DNA of 64,000 nucleotides from Planctomycetota bacterium (GTDB lineage: Bacteria > Planctomycetota > UBA1135 > UBA2386): positions 8,066-72,065 of the forward strand of contig JACRLW010000103.1 in NCBI GenBank assembly GCA_016235155.1, written 5' to 3'. Below are positions 47,505-56,159 of this stretch, piece by piece. Under the pieces are notes generated by a model that saw only the letters and a list, made by a program, of their open reading frames with translations, was not told where the DNA came from and made no database searches. Position 1 is the first letter of the stretch; every line of letters begins with the position of its first letter. The translations under genes and the position numbers were made by a program.

Positions 47505-49604
47505 TCAGCGCGGGGCAACCCGCACGAACCCCCCAGCACCATCCCAGCGCCACGACTCGCGGTGTGCACCCCACACGACGGTGCAAAGGAGCGCCCCACC
47601 CTCTTCGCGGCATTCCAGGTCCGTGACATCGCTCGCGTGATCGGCGGTGCCGGCCTGGAGCACGCCGGCGAAGACCACGCCGGCACCACGCCGCTCCAGA
47701 GCGACGAAGGGTGCCCGGTCGTCCACGGATTGCAGCGGTCCGGTGCCGAGCCGCAACCGCGTGGGTCCACCGGCCGCGACCAAGAGCGTCGTCGTGACCT
47801 TGCCCCCGCCGAAGTCGACCGAAGCCCCGCTCCCGGTCTCGCCCTGCGCGAGCCATTCCACGAACTCCTCGCCCTGCAGTCCGACCTCGCCGGCGACCTC
47901 GTCGACCGCGAGCGCGCAGCGCACGTCCGGACCGCGGTCGTGGTAGATCCAGTCGAAGCGGTGCTCGCTCTCGCTTCTCAGCCGGTCGAGCACCAGGACG
48001 TAGCGATCCGTGAGACACAGGCAACGCGCGTGCTCGACGCCCGGATAGGCATCGATCGTCTTCGCCGCCACCGCGACGAAGTCCTCCGCGTCGACGAAGC
48101 CCAGCAATTCGCCGCCGCTCTCGTGCTGCGGCCGGCCGTCGACGACGACCGTGTTGTGCGCGAGTGTCGTCCGGTACCAGCCGCCGTGGATGGGAAGCCG
48201 GTAGGCTTGGCTCTTCGCACGCCCCGGGTCGACGCCACGCTCCTCCCCGAACGCAAACCAGACGAAGGACAGCCGATCGAAGTGGTCGTGGAAGCCGCCG
48301 AACGGAGCAAAGGTCACCAGCGCCGACATCCGCGCCGCCCCACCGCGGCGCAGGATCGCGTGCCCCGACGCGCGCAGCACCTCACTCCGGAGCACGCCCT
48401 CCGGTACGGACTGGCCGGGGTCGCGCCCGAAGCGGATCGACTCGAAACTCGGCTCGGCCGACAGCACGACCCCAAGGCGCGCGTCGCGGGTCGCCGCAAG
48501 AGCCGCCTCGAGCGACGCTGCCGCGCCCTGCGGCGAGCTGTCGACGTCGTCGCCGAGCCGCGGCAGCCGCCCGTTTGCCATCACGTAGCGGGCGGGCAGC
48601 GCGCACATCGCGCGCAGACTCGGATGCGCGAACAGGTCGACCCCCATGAGCCGCGCGGCATCGGCATGCGCACACAGCGCGGCCAGCGTGTAGTTGTGGT
48701 AGCCGAACGAGTTCTCGTACCACATCCCGTCGGCCGACACGGACGCCCCCATCTGGAACAGGAAGCCGTGCCGTGGATCGAGCACCGATCGGCGCAACCA
48801 GTCCGCGTCGCCGAGCAGCACGCCGGCGCTGAACATCGCCGCGTTGTGCCAGCTCTGCCAGTTGCTCTTGCCGCGACGACACTTGGCGATGTTCGCCACC
48901 ATCGGCCGCACGAGGTTCCCGAGCGCGTGCTCGCGCTGCGCCGCGTCGAGCGAGTGCCAGATCAAGTCGATCACCGGTGCGATGTCGCGCACGAGCATCG
49001 ATGCCTCGGACAGGGTCTGCTCCATCAGATGGCCGCCGCTGTCGAGACGCCGCGTCGGGTCCGCGGCGTTGCTGTGGTAGGGATAGCCCTCGTAGCGGTC
49101 GGCATAGCCGAGCACGACCGTCGCAGCGTCGGCCGCGAACGCCGTCTCGCCGCTCAACGCGAACGCCCACGCGGCCTCGCGCGCGCGGCGGAGATTCTCG
49201 GAGTGGCGGCGGCTGAACACGACGTCGTCGTACGGCGGCCCGCTGTAGACCTCAGCGCAGCCGGGGCAGCGGTGGTGCGAGTCGTCGACGGTGGTCAGCG
49301 CGCGCTGGCAGGCGTCGCACTGGTACCACTGGTTGTGCTGACCGCCGCGCGGCGGGAACCCGACCGGAGTGCCGAGGCGGGCTCTTGCAGCGTCGACGAC
49401 CGAGCGCAGCGGTGCTGCGCCGCGGCCGAAGCCGGCGCGCAGGTTCGCGAGTTCAGCAGCGCTGCAGGCCAGGATCGGCGCGTCGTGGCGAACCGGCGGG
49501 ATCAGGTCGGCCGCGGTCGGCGGGTGCCAGTCCTGGGCAAACGCCGAGGAGAACAGCGAGACCGCGGCGAAGGCGGCAGCGCGAGTCCATTGCATGCTCA
49601 GCAT
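47505..49604 (-). CDS. heparinase II/III-like polysaccharide lyase family protein
   Basis: The signal peptide is MLSMQWTRAAAFAAVSLFSSAFAQ. An alginate-lyase-like helical N-domain is followed by FGGFHDHFDRLSFVWFAFGEE, typical of the Hepar_II_III domain. Confidence 0.75.
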   Translation of the reverse strand: MLSMQWTRAAAFAAVSLFSSAFAQDWHPPTAADLIPPVRHDAPILACSAAELANLRAGFGRGAAPLRSVVDAARARLGTPVGFPPRGGQHNQWYQCDACQRALTTVDDSHHRCPGCAEVYSGPPYDDVVFSRRHSENLRRAREAAWAFALSGETAFAADAATVVLGYADRYEGYPYHSNAADPTRRLDSGGHLMEQTLSEASMLVRDIAPVIDLIWHSLDAAQREHALGNLVRPMVANIAKCRRGKSNWQSWHNAAMFSAGVLLGDADWLRRSVLDPRHGFLFQMGASVSADGMWYENSFGYHNYTLAALCAHADAARLMGVDLFAHPSLRAMCALPARYVMANGRLPRLGDDVDSSPQGAAASLEAALAATRDARLGVVLSAEPSFESIRFGRDPGQSVPEGVLRSEVLRASGHAILRRGGAARMSALVTFAPFGGFHDHFDRLSFVWFAFGEERGVDPGRAKSQAYRLPIHGGWYRTTLAHNTVVVDGRPQHESGGELLGFVDAEDFVAVAAKTIDAYPGVEHARCLCLTDRYVLVLDRLRSESEHRFDWIYHDRGPDVRCALAVDEVAGEVGLQGEEFVEWLAQGETGSGASVDFGGGKVTTTLLVAAGGPTRLRLGTGPLQSVDDRAPFVALERRGAGVVFAGVLQAGTADHASDVTDLECREEGGALLCTVVWGAHRESWRWDGAGGFVRVAPR

Positions 49605-49861
49605 GATCGCGTGCGCTCGCGGCGACGACCAAGTGCCGGTCCTCCCGCCTGCGGGGCCAGGGATCCGTGCCGGGTCCGTGTCGGTCGGGTCCGAACTGCG
49701 GCCGGATCTCGCCCTTTGGATTCCGCGTGCGGGTGGAGTGCTGGCCCTCCTTGGTGTCCGTCGCGGAGCAGCCGTCGGCCCTCATCTCGAGAGAAGCCTC
49801 GCCGGCTTCGTCGCCCCAGCTTCCGACCGCTGAGGCTCCGCGAAATGCGTCGGACGAGCAG

Positions 49862-51592
49862 TCACTTCGCGCGCAGCTCGAACTCCTCGATCGTCGGGCC
49901 TTCGCTCGCGTCGAGGATCCGCAGACGGAAGCGGCGGGCCAGCACGGGATCGAAGGTCTGTTCCCAATGCGGACCGATCGTCGTGCCCTTGTGCAGGGTG
50001 CGCCAGACGCCGTCGAGATCCGCTTGGAGTTCGAAGGCGCGCACGCGCTCGCCGCCCTCGCCCCACTCGGCAATGCGCGCGACGCGGATCCGCACGGGCG
50101 CGGGGAACACGACATCGAGCGTCGCCTGCTCCGTCCCGCGGTCCGTCGCCCAGCGGGTGTCGGGATCGCCGTCGATGGCCCGGTCGGCCCCGTATGCCGC
50201 CGCGCGCTCGTAGACATTCGTCGCGGTCGCCACGACCCCGGCCATCGGCCGCGGCCAGTCGATCGGCGCCAACTCCATTGCGGGACCGTCGAGGTCGAGC
50301 CGCACCAGCGTGTCGAGTTCCTTCCGATCCGCGGGCGACACTCTCAAGACGACGCCGTCGGCGTGCTGTTCCACCTCGACCTCGCCCCCGGTGAGCAGGG
50401 CGCTGCCGGTGATGCGACGCGCGATTGGCGGCAGGGTGACCACCTCGTCGCGCCAGCGCAGCACGTGCACGAAGACGCTGCGGTCCTTCCGCGTGGTGAC
50501 GACGTCGCGCGCCGGCAACCACGGCCCGCCGCGCGTGCCATGGACGCTCTCGCCGTACGACGCGAGCCAGGCACCGATCTCGGCGAGCCGTTCCTGCTGC
50601 CGGGGTTCGATGCGGCCGTCGGGCATCGGGCCGACGTTCAACAGCAGGTTGCCGTCGCCGCCCGCACAGCGCAGCAAGGTGTGCAGGCACTCCGGCAGCG
50701 ACTTCAATCCGTCGGCGGGCTTCCACGCCCATTGACTGCAGATCGTGATGCAGCTCTCCCACGGCCGCTGATCCTGGTACTTGCCGATCGCCTGCTCCGG
50801 CGTGTCGTAATCGCCAGCGTTGCCGAGGCTCTGCCGCGACGTGCCGCCCATGCCCTGCCGCGCCTTGCTCACGCGGTTGTTGACGATCACCGAGTCTTGC
50901 AGCGATCGGCAGTAGCGGTACAGCGCGTCGCCGCGTTCGCGCGTCCACGGTTCCTCCCATTCGCCGTCGAACCAGACCAGGCCGAGCGGGCCGCAGCGCG
51001 TGAACAGCTCTTGCAGTTGGCCCCGCAGGTAACTCTCGTAGCGCGCCATGTCGGGGTTCGGCTTCTTGCTCCGGCCGCCGGGACTCCCGAGCGGGTAGTC
51101 GGGGTGGTGCCAATCGCAGATCGAGTGGTAGGCGCAGAACACGAGGCCCTGCGCGCGGCAAGCCTCGGCGAGCTCCTTGGCGACGTCGCGCCGGAACGGC
51201 GTGTGCGCGATCGAGTGATCGGTCAGCGCGCTGTCCCACAGACAGAACCCGTCGTGGTGCTTCGTCGTCAGCACGACGTACTTCATGCCGGCGTTCGCGG
51301 CGACCTTCGCCCAGGCCGCGGCATCGAACTGCCGCGGGTCGAAGCGCTCGTGGAGCTGGTCGTACTCGGCAATGGGCACCTGTGCGCCACGCGACCAACC
51401 GATCTCCGTTCCCGCGAGGCTGACCGGCCCCCAATGCACGAACAGGCCGAAGCGCGCTTCGGCCCACCATTGCAAGCGTGACTCGTAGGGGCGCGGTCCC
51501 GCGTCGGGAGCTCGGGTCGGGGACTGTGCCGGCGCGGTGGCGACGCCGAGCAGGGCGAGGGCGAGAACGACACTGGAGAGCGAAGGACGCAT
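49862..51592 (-). CDS. alpha-L-fucosidase (GH29) with C-terminal F5/8 type C (discoidin) domain
   Basis: It contains WWAEARFGLFVHWGPVS and YVVLTTKHHDGFCLWDS. The C-terminal AIDGDPDTRWATD is discoidin-type. The signal-peptide start is ATG 51592 (an alternative is 51619). Confidence 0.85.
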   Translation of the reverse strand: MRPSLSSVVLALALLGVATAPAQSPTRAPDAGPRPYESRLQWWAEARFGLFVHWGPVSLAGTEIGWSRGAQVPIAEYDQLHERFDPRQFDAAAWAKVAANAGMKYVVLTTKHHDGFCLWDSALTDHSIAHTPFRRDVAKELAEACRAQGLVFCAYHSICDWHHPDYPLGSPGGRSKKPNPDMARYESYLRGQLQELFTRCGPLGLVWFDGEWEEPWTRERGDALYRYCRSLQDSVIVNNRVSKARQGMGGTSRQSLGNAGDYDTPEQAIGKYQDQRPWESCITICSQWAWKPADGLKSLPECLHTLLRCAGGDGNLLLNVGPMPDGRIEPRQQERLAEIGAWLASYGESVHGTRGGPWLPARDVVTTRKDRSVFVHVLRWRDEVVTLPPIARRITGSALLTGGEVEVEQHADGVVLRVSPADRKELDTLVRLDLDGPAMELAPIDWPRPMAGVVATATNVYERAAAYGADRAIDGDPDTRWATDRGTEQATLDVVFPAPVRIRVARIAEWGEGGERVRAFELQADLDGVWRTLHKGTTIGPHWEQTFDPVLARRFRLRILDASEGPTIEEFELRAK

Positions 51593-51725
51593 GGGCTCTA
51601 CAGGGCTCGACCTCCGCAATCGGGCAACTGCGAACTCCGAGTCCGTCGGTGCTTCGCACCGGAGATACGCGTGTTTGTACGCATGAGCGCGCCAGACCGC
51701 CTGGCTTCAGTCCAAGTCGCGGCGT

Positions 51726-52859
51726 TCAGTACCCGATCGTCAGTTCGACGCCATTGCTACTCTCGGCGAAGCCGAGCAATGCGCCGCCCGGTCGGAGCGG
51801 GATCGCCTGCGCCGTGAGCACGCCGCCGGCAAGTCCGGGTTGCGCGGGCACGGTCAGGCCGAAGCTCCAGGACCCGGAGGAATCCGTCGACCCGGCCGTC
51901 AGGAGCACGGCGTTCGGCAAGTCGAGGTACAGCGTGCACGTGCCGATCGCCGTGGGCGTCGCGGCGCCGGGTGCGATGCCGAACACGACTGCCTGCAACG
52001 GGGCGGCGCCGCTCATCGTGAACGCGAGGTTCTGGCCGAGCGATGGTGCGTTCGACGCGAGCGACGGCGGCGTCACGCCGCAGCCGGTGCCGACGACGCG
52101 GGCGTCGGGCGACAGCGTGCCGTAGCTGCGGCCCGAACACGCCAGCAAGGTCGCGCCGGGCGTGAGGCACGCGAAACCGACGCGCGCGACGAGGTCGCAG
52201 GCGTAGGACGACGTCATGGGGGAACCACCCTGGATCGCCCGCGCGAAGAGCGACACGTTCAGCCGGCCATCGACGCTCAGCCGCGCGCCGACCTGCGTGT
52301 TCACGATCCCGGTGACGGCGCCCGCGGCATTGCTGATCACCAGGCTCGGCGCCGAACCGACCGACAACTGCGCGCGGTAGGACACGCCGGGCACGGGATC
52401 GATCACCTGCGCGAAACCGTCGAGCGTCAATGCGCAGCGGATCTGCACCGGAGTCCCGATCGGAAGGGTGCCCGAGACGACGCTGAGCTCGTCGCGGAAG
52501 TGCGCCTTCGGTTCGGCGCCGATCCACTCGTCGAGCCACAGGAAGACACCGATCCCGGACACGTTGTTCGCCAGGCCGGTGCCCGAGCAGCGCAGGAGTC
52601 CGTAGTCGGTGGTCGCCGTGCAGTCCCCCTGCGAACGGCAGCCGTAGGTGTTGGTGGTCGTGATCGTGTCGGAGGTCACGAGCGGGCCCGCGCTCAGCCA
52701 GCCGGTGTCGACGCGACGCTCGCCGCTCGGCGCGCCGCTCATCGACGTGACGATGCGAAAGTGGTTGCGGACGCCGCAGGACTGTGCGGCGACCTGATTC
52801 GAGTCGCCGATCGCCGTCGCGGTGAGGACGACGAGGATCGCGTTGCGAAGGCAGTGCAT
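51726..52859 (-). CDS. secreted hypothetical protein with shared C-terminal domain
   Basis: The signal peptide is MHCLRNAILVVLTATAIGDSNQVAAQ. I recognise no domain in the first ~260 aa. The last ~110 aa are homologous to the tails of four other proteins here. Confidence 0.65.
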   Translation of the reverse strand: MHCLRNAILVVLTATAIGDSNQVAAQSCGVRNHFRIVTSMSGAPSGERRVDTGWLSAGPLVTSDTITTTNTYGCRSQGDCTATTDYGLLRCSGTGLANNVSGIGVFLWLDEWIGAEPKAHFRDELSVVSGTLPIGTPVQIRCALTLDGFAQVIDPVPGVSYRAQLSVGSAPSLVISNAAGAVTGIVNTQVGARLSVDGRLNVSLFARAIQGGSPMTSSYACDLVARVGFACLTPGATLLACSGRSYGTLSPDARVVGTGCGVTPPSLASNAPSLGQNLAFTMSGAAPLQAVVFGIAPGAATPTAIGTCTLYLDLPNAVLLTAGSTDSSGSWSFGLTVPAQPGLAGGVLTAQAIPLRPGGALLGFAESSNGVELTIGY

Positions 52860-52935
52860 GCCGCTTCCAGCGGCTCGTGTTCCGGAACCACACGCCGCCC
52901 GCGGGACGAAAGCCCCGCGGGCGAACACCGGGACC

Positions 52936-55900
52936 TCAGTTCCCGAGCACCATCGTGCCGGCGTTCGCCGTCAGCACGCCGAGCGTGTTCGCGCCCGGTG
53001 CGACGACGCCGCCTTGGGTCTCGAGCACGGCGCCGAGCAAGGACGCCGAGTTCGGGATCGTGAACGGCGCCGTAGCACCGCTCCCGCTGACGAGCATCGG
53101 GATCGAGTCGATCGGCGCGACGAGGAGGAAGCAGCCCTGCATGCCGATGACGCTGAGGTCCACCGACTGCGCGACCAGCCCGAACAGCGTGAAGCCGGCG
53201 AGCGAGCCCGCGGGCAGGTTGCTCAGTTCGAGGTTGATCGTCGTGCCGAGCCGCGGCAGCGAGCTCACGCCATACGCGATGGGCGTTCCCGAACCGGGGT
53301 TCGAGATGTCGCTCGGGCCCGGATCGGCCACGCCGCCGCCGACCGAGTGACCGACGATGCAATCGACGATCGAAGCCGCGCCATAGGCGAGGACGAACTC
53401 GCCGTTCGGGTAGAGCTGGATCTGCCCCGTGTTGGACCCGGTCGCGGGGTACTCGGGCACGCCCGCCCAGGTGATCACCGCCATGCCCGGCACCGCGTCG
53501 AAGTAGACGCCGCCGCCGTTGCCCGGGTGCAGGTCGTCCCAGAACGCCGCAATGCGCCGCGGGTTGGCGAGGAACTCCGCCACCGACTCGGTGTAGTCGG
53601 TGCCCGCGTGCGTGTTGGCGACCAGACCGATCCAACCGTTCGAGTCGACGTCGATCGCGGTGGTCGTGCCGCCGCCCGGGAGCGGGAACGCGAAGCCGAG
53701 CGGACGATTGCGCGAGATCACGTCGTCGCCGAGCAGGAGGTTGCCCGAGTAGCCGGCAAAGAAGCTCGCGCCGCTCGTCGACACGTTCCACCCGCCGCTG
53801 CCGTTGGGCGTGAAGCGCCGCGCGCTGTTGGCCAGGTCAAACGCGCCGAAGACCTCGTAGAAGGTCCGCGGCAGGCTCGGCGTGCCCTGCGGAGCGCAAC
53901 CGGCGCCTCGCGGCGTGAAGCGCGCGCGGATGATGCCGCCCGATCCGGTGACGCCGACGCAGCACAGGGCGTACGACGCATCGAACACGGTCGTGCCGAT
54001 GTGCGCGTCCTCCGCGATCAGGGTCGCGATGACCTCGATGGTCCAGGACCCCGCGGCCGGGCTCTGCACGAACACGCATTCGACCGTGTCGACGGTGTTC
54101 GCGACCCCGCCGGCCGTCGACCAGTTGCCGGCCGTGAGGCCATTGTTGCCCCAGTAGATCGTGCCGTTCGGAGCCGTGACCTTGAGCGTGAGGTCGTTCT
54201 TGATGGCCAACGCCGACGCCGGATTGCCGGCCGGGTCGACGTAGGTCATGCAGATCTTCAGCTCGGGCGTGCCGGCCGCGACCGTCTTCTGGTACGTGCG
54301 CGTGATGCCCTGCGTGAGGATGTCGTCCTCGGCGACGATGAACGAGTTGCCCTGGTTGTCGTACATGTCGGTGAGGCTCGGGAAGCCCCAGCCGCAGTGC
54401 TCGCGCCGGTTGTTGGTGCTCGCCGACGTGAACGCGTATTGCCGCGCGTTCACGATCTGCAGCGCCTTCAGAGTCTGCGCCAGCGGCCGGTTCTGGAACC
54501 GCGTGCCGCCCGGGACGGGCAGCGGGTTGCCGAAGATCCCGTCGGTGTACATCTGGATCGCGAGCGCGTTGTGGCCCGCGCAGATCGGCGTCGCGCCTGA
54601 TGTGCCGCCGAAGTTCGTCTGCCAGTTGTTGGCCGAATAGCCGGCCGCGCCGGTCAGATCGGAGCACAGGATCAGGTCGTAGTACGCGCAGAGGTCGGGC
54701 TTGATGCGCCCATCCGCCGCCGGACCCGTCGACCCGCCGCCCGCCGCCCACGAATCGTCGGCCGCGTTCGAGTTGTCGAAGTGCGCGACGCCGCCGATCG
54801 AAATGATGTTCTTCGCCCAGGCCTGCGGCCGCGAATCCTGATTGCCCGCGTTGCTCTGACTCTGCGTCCAGGGGATGCGGTGGTCGAAGATGATGTCGTC
54901 CGCGTCGGCGGAGATGGACGTGTAGAGCCGCGTGCGCGCGTCGCCCCACGACGCGGTGGTGAACATGCACTCGTGCGTGTTGACGACCACGCCGAGCACC
55001 GCGTTGCGTGAGCCCTGGGCGCTCGAGTAGTTGGTGTAGAAGCCGCGCGCGTTCGGCGCCATGCCGCGCCCGAGCGGATTGCTCGTGCCGTTGCCGAAGA
55101 CGATGCCCGCGGTCGAGTGACCGTGTGCATCCGGGGCGCCGCCGCTCAGCACGTTGGTCATCGGCGTCGTGAAGTCCTGGTGCGTCGCCTCGACGCCCTC
55201 GTAGACGTGGCCGCGCACGCCGGTGCCCGTGTAGCCGCCCTGGGTCTCGACGTAGTTCGCGCCGCCCTGGATTCGGGCGTTGTTCATGTCCTCTTCAGGG
55301 GCCGTCCAGCGATCGATCCACAGGACCTCGTCGAACCGCGCCGCCGCGAGCAGCCCCGCGTGATCGAGTTCGACGGTGAACAGGATGCTGCCCTCCTGCG
55401 GATCGACGACGCGTCCGCCGAGTGCCCTGATCTTCGTGCCGAGCGCCGGCTTGTCCGAACGCTTGTCGGTGACCACACAGTGGTACTTGCGCAGCGGCAG
55501 GACGGCGCCTCTCGCGAGCTCCATGCGCAACGCCGGCTCGAGCCGCCACGCCGGCTCGTAATGCCCGACGAAGCGAGTGTCCTTCTGCGCCGCGACCATC
55601 GCCGCCTGGTCCGCCGTCATGCGAACGACATACGCGTTGTGCGGCAGGTAGCCATGCAACCGCGCACCGGTGGAACGGACCGCGTCACGTCCCGCGTCGG
55701 TCGGCGAGCCGTGGAACTGCACAACCCAGAGGCCGACGTCGCCGCGCGCGGCGAGCAGCTCGGGGACCGCCGGTCGTCCGAGCAAGGGATCGAAGGTGCC
55801 GTACTGGAGGACGAGTTGCGTGGCCTCGCCGGCATCGGCGAGCAGCGTCGGCGGATCGCCGGGCTTGGACTGGGGACTCTGCGCGGGAAGCGTCGCGAGG

Positions 55901-55944
55901 AAGCACGCAATCGTCGCGCCGCTGAGGAAGAGCACGGGGTTCAT
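52936..55944 (-). CDS. secreted subtilisin-like (S8) serine protease with large C-terminal extension and shared C-terminal domain
   Basis: It has a signal peptide (MNPVLFLSGATIACFLATLPAQ) and an I9-like propeptide (VVQFHGSPTDAGRDAV...AYVVRMT). The His motif is DAHGHSTAGIV and the Ser motif is FGGTSGATPICAG. I could not place the Asp motif with certainty. The start is ATG 55944. Confidence 0.8.
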   Translation of the reverse strand: MNPVLFLSGATIACFLATLPAQSPQSKPGDPPTLLADAGEATQLVLQYGTFDPLLGRPAVPELLAARGDVGLWVVQFHGSPTDAGRDAVRSTGARLHGYLPHNAYVVRMTADQAAMVAAQKDTRFVGHYEPAWRLEPALRMELARGAVLPLRKYHCVVTDKRSDKPALGTKIRALGGRVVDPQEGSILFTVELDHAGLLAAARFDEVLWIDRWTAPEEDMNNARIQGGANYVETQGGYTGTGVRGHVYEGVEATHQDFTTPMTNVLSGGAPDAHGHSTAGIVFGNGTSNPLGRGMAPNARGFYTNYSSAQGSRNAVLGVVVNTHECMFTTASWGDARTRLYTSISADADDIIFDHRIPWTQSQSNAGNQDSRPQAWAKNIISIGGVAHFDNSNAADDSWAAGGGSTGPAADGRIKPDLCAYYDLILCSDLTGAAGYSANNWQTNFGGTSGATPICAGHNALAIQMYTDGIFGNPLPVPGGTRFQNRPLAQTLKALQIVNARQYAFTSASTNNRREHCGWGFPSLTDMYDNQGNSFIVAEDDILTQGITRTYQKTVAAGTPELKICMTYVDPAGNPASALAIKNDLTLKVTAPNGTIYWGNNGLTAGNWSTAGGVANTVDTVECVFVQSPAAGSWTIEVIATLIAEDAHIGTTVFDASYALCCVGVTGSGGIIRARFTPRGAGCAPQGTPSLPRTFYEVFGAFDLANSARRFTPNGSGGWNVSTSGASFFAGYSGNLLLGDDVISRNRPLGFAFPLPGGGTTTAIDVDSNGWIGLVANTHAGTDYTESVAEFLANPRRIAAFWDDLHPGNGGGVYFDAVPGMAVITWAGVPEYPATGSNTGQIQLYPNGEFVLAYGAASIVDCIVGHSVGGGVADPGPSDISNPGSGTPIAYGVSSLPRLGTTINLELSNLPAGSLAGFTLFGLVAQSVDLSVIGMQGCFLLVAPIDSIPMLVSGSGATAPFTIPNSASLLGAVLETQGGVVAPGANTLGVLTANAGTMVLGN

Positions 55945-56159
55945 GATCGTGGGAGCAAGGGGAGGGAACCGCCCCGCCGCGCGAAGGGCAGACGCGCGAG
56001 CGACGTGGGCCGGCGGAGGATAGCCCCGCATCGCCGTCGCCGTCGAACGCCGACGATGCTCGTGTGTCATCCCGGAACTTGCGCCTCGCCGGATCGCGCT
56101 CATCGCATCGCGCTCACGCAGCGAAGTTCGTGAATCCCCACGAGCCGCTCGCGACGAGG

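Noticed and set aside
52822-54600. 592-aa plus-strand ORF and other long ORFs antisense to the S8 protease gene
   Set aside because: They are Arg/Asp/Ala/Glu-rich nonsense. The minus strand encodes a protease with propeptide, His and Ser catalytic motifs and the shared C-terminal tail.
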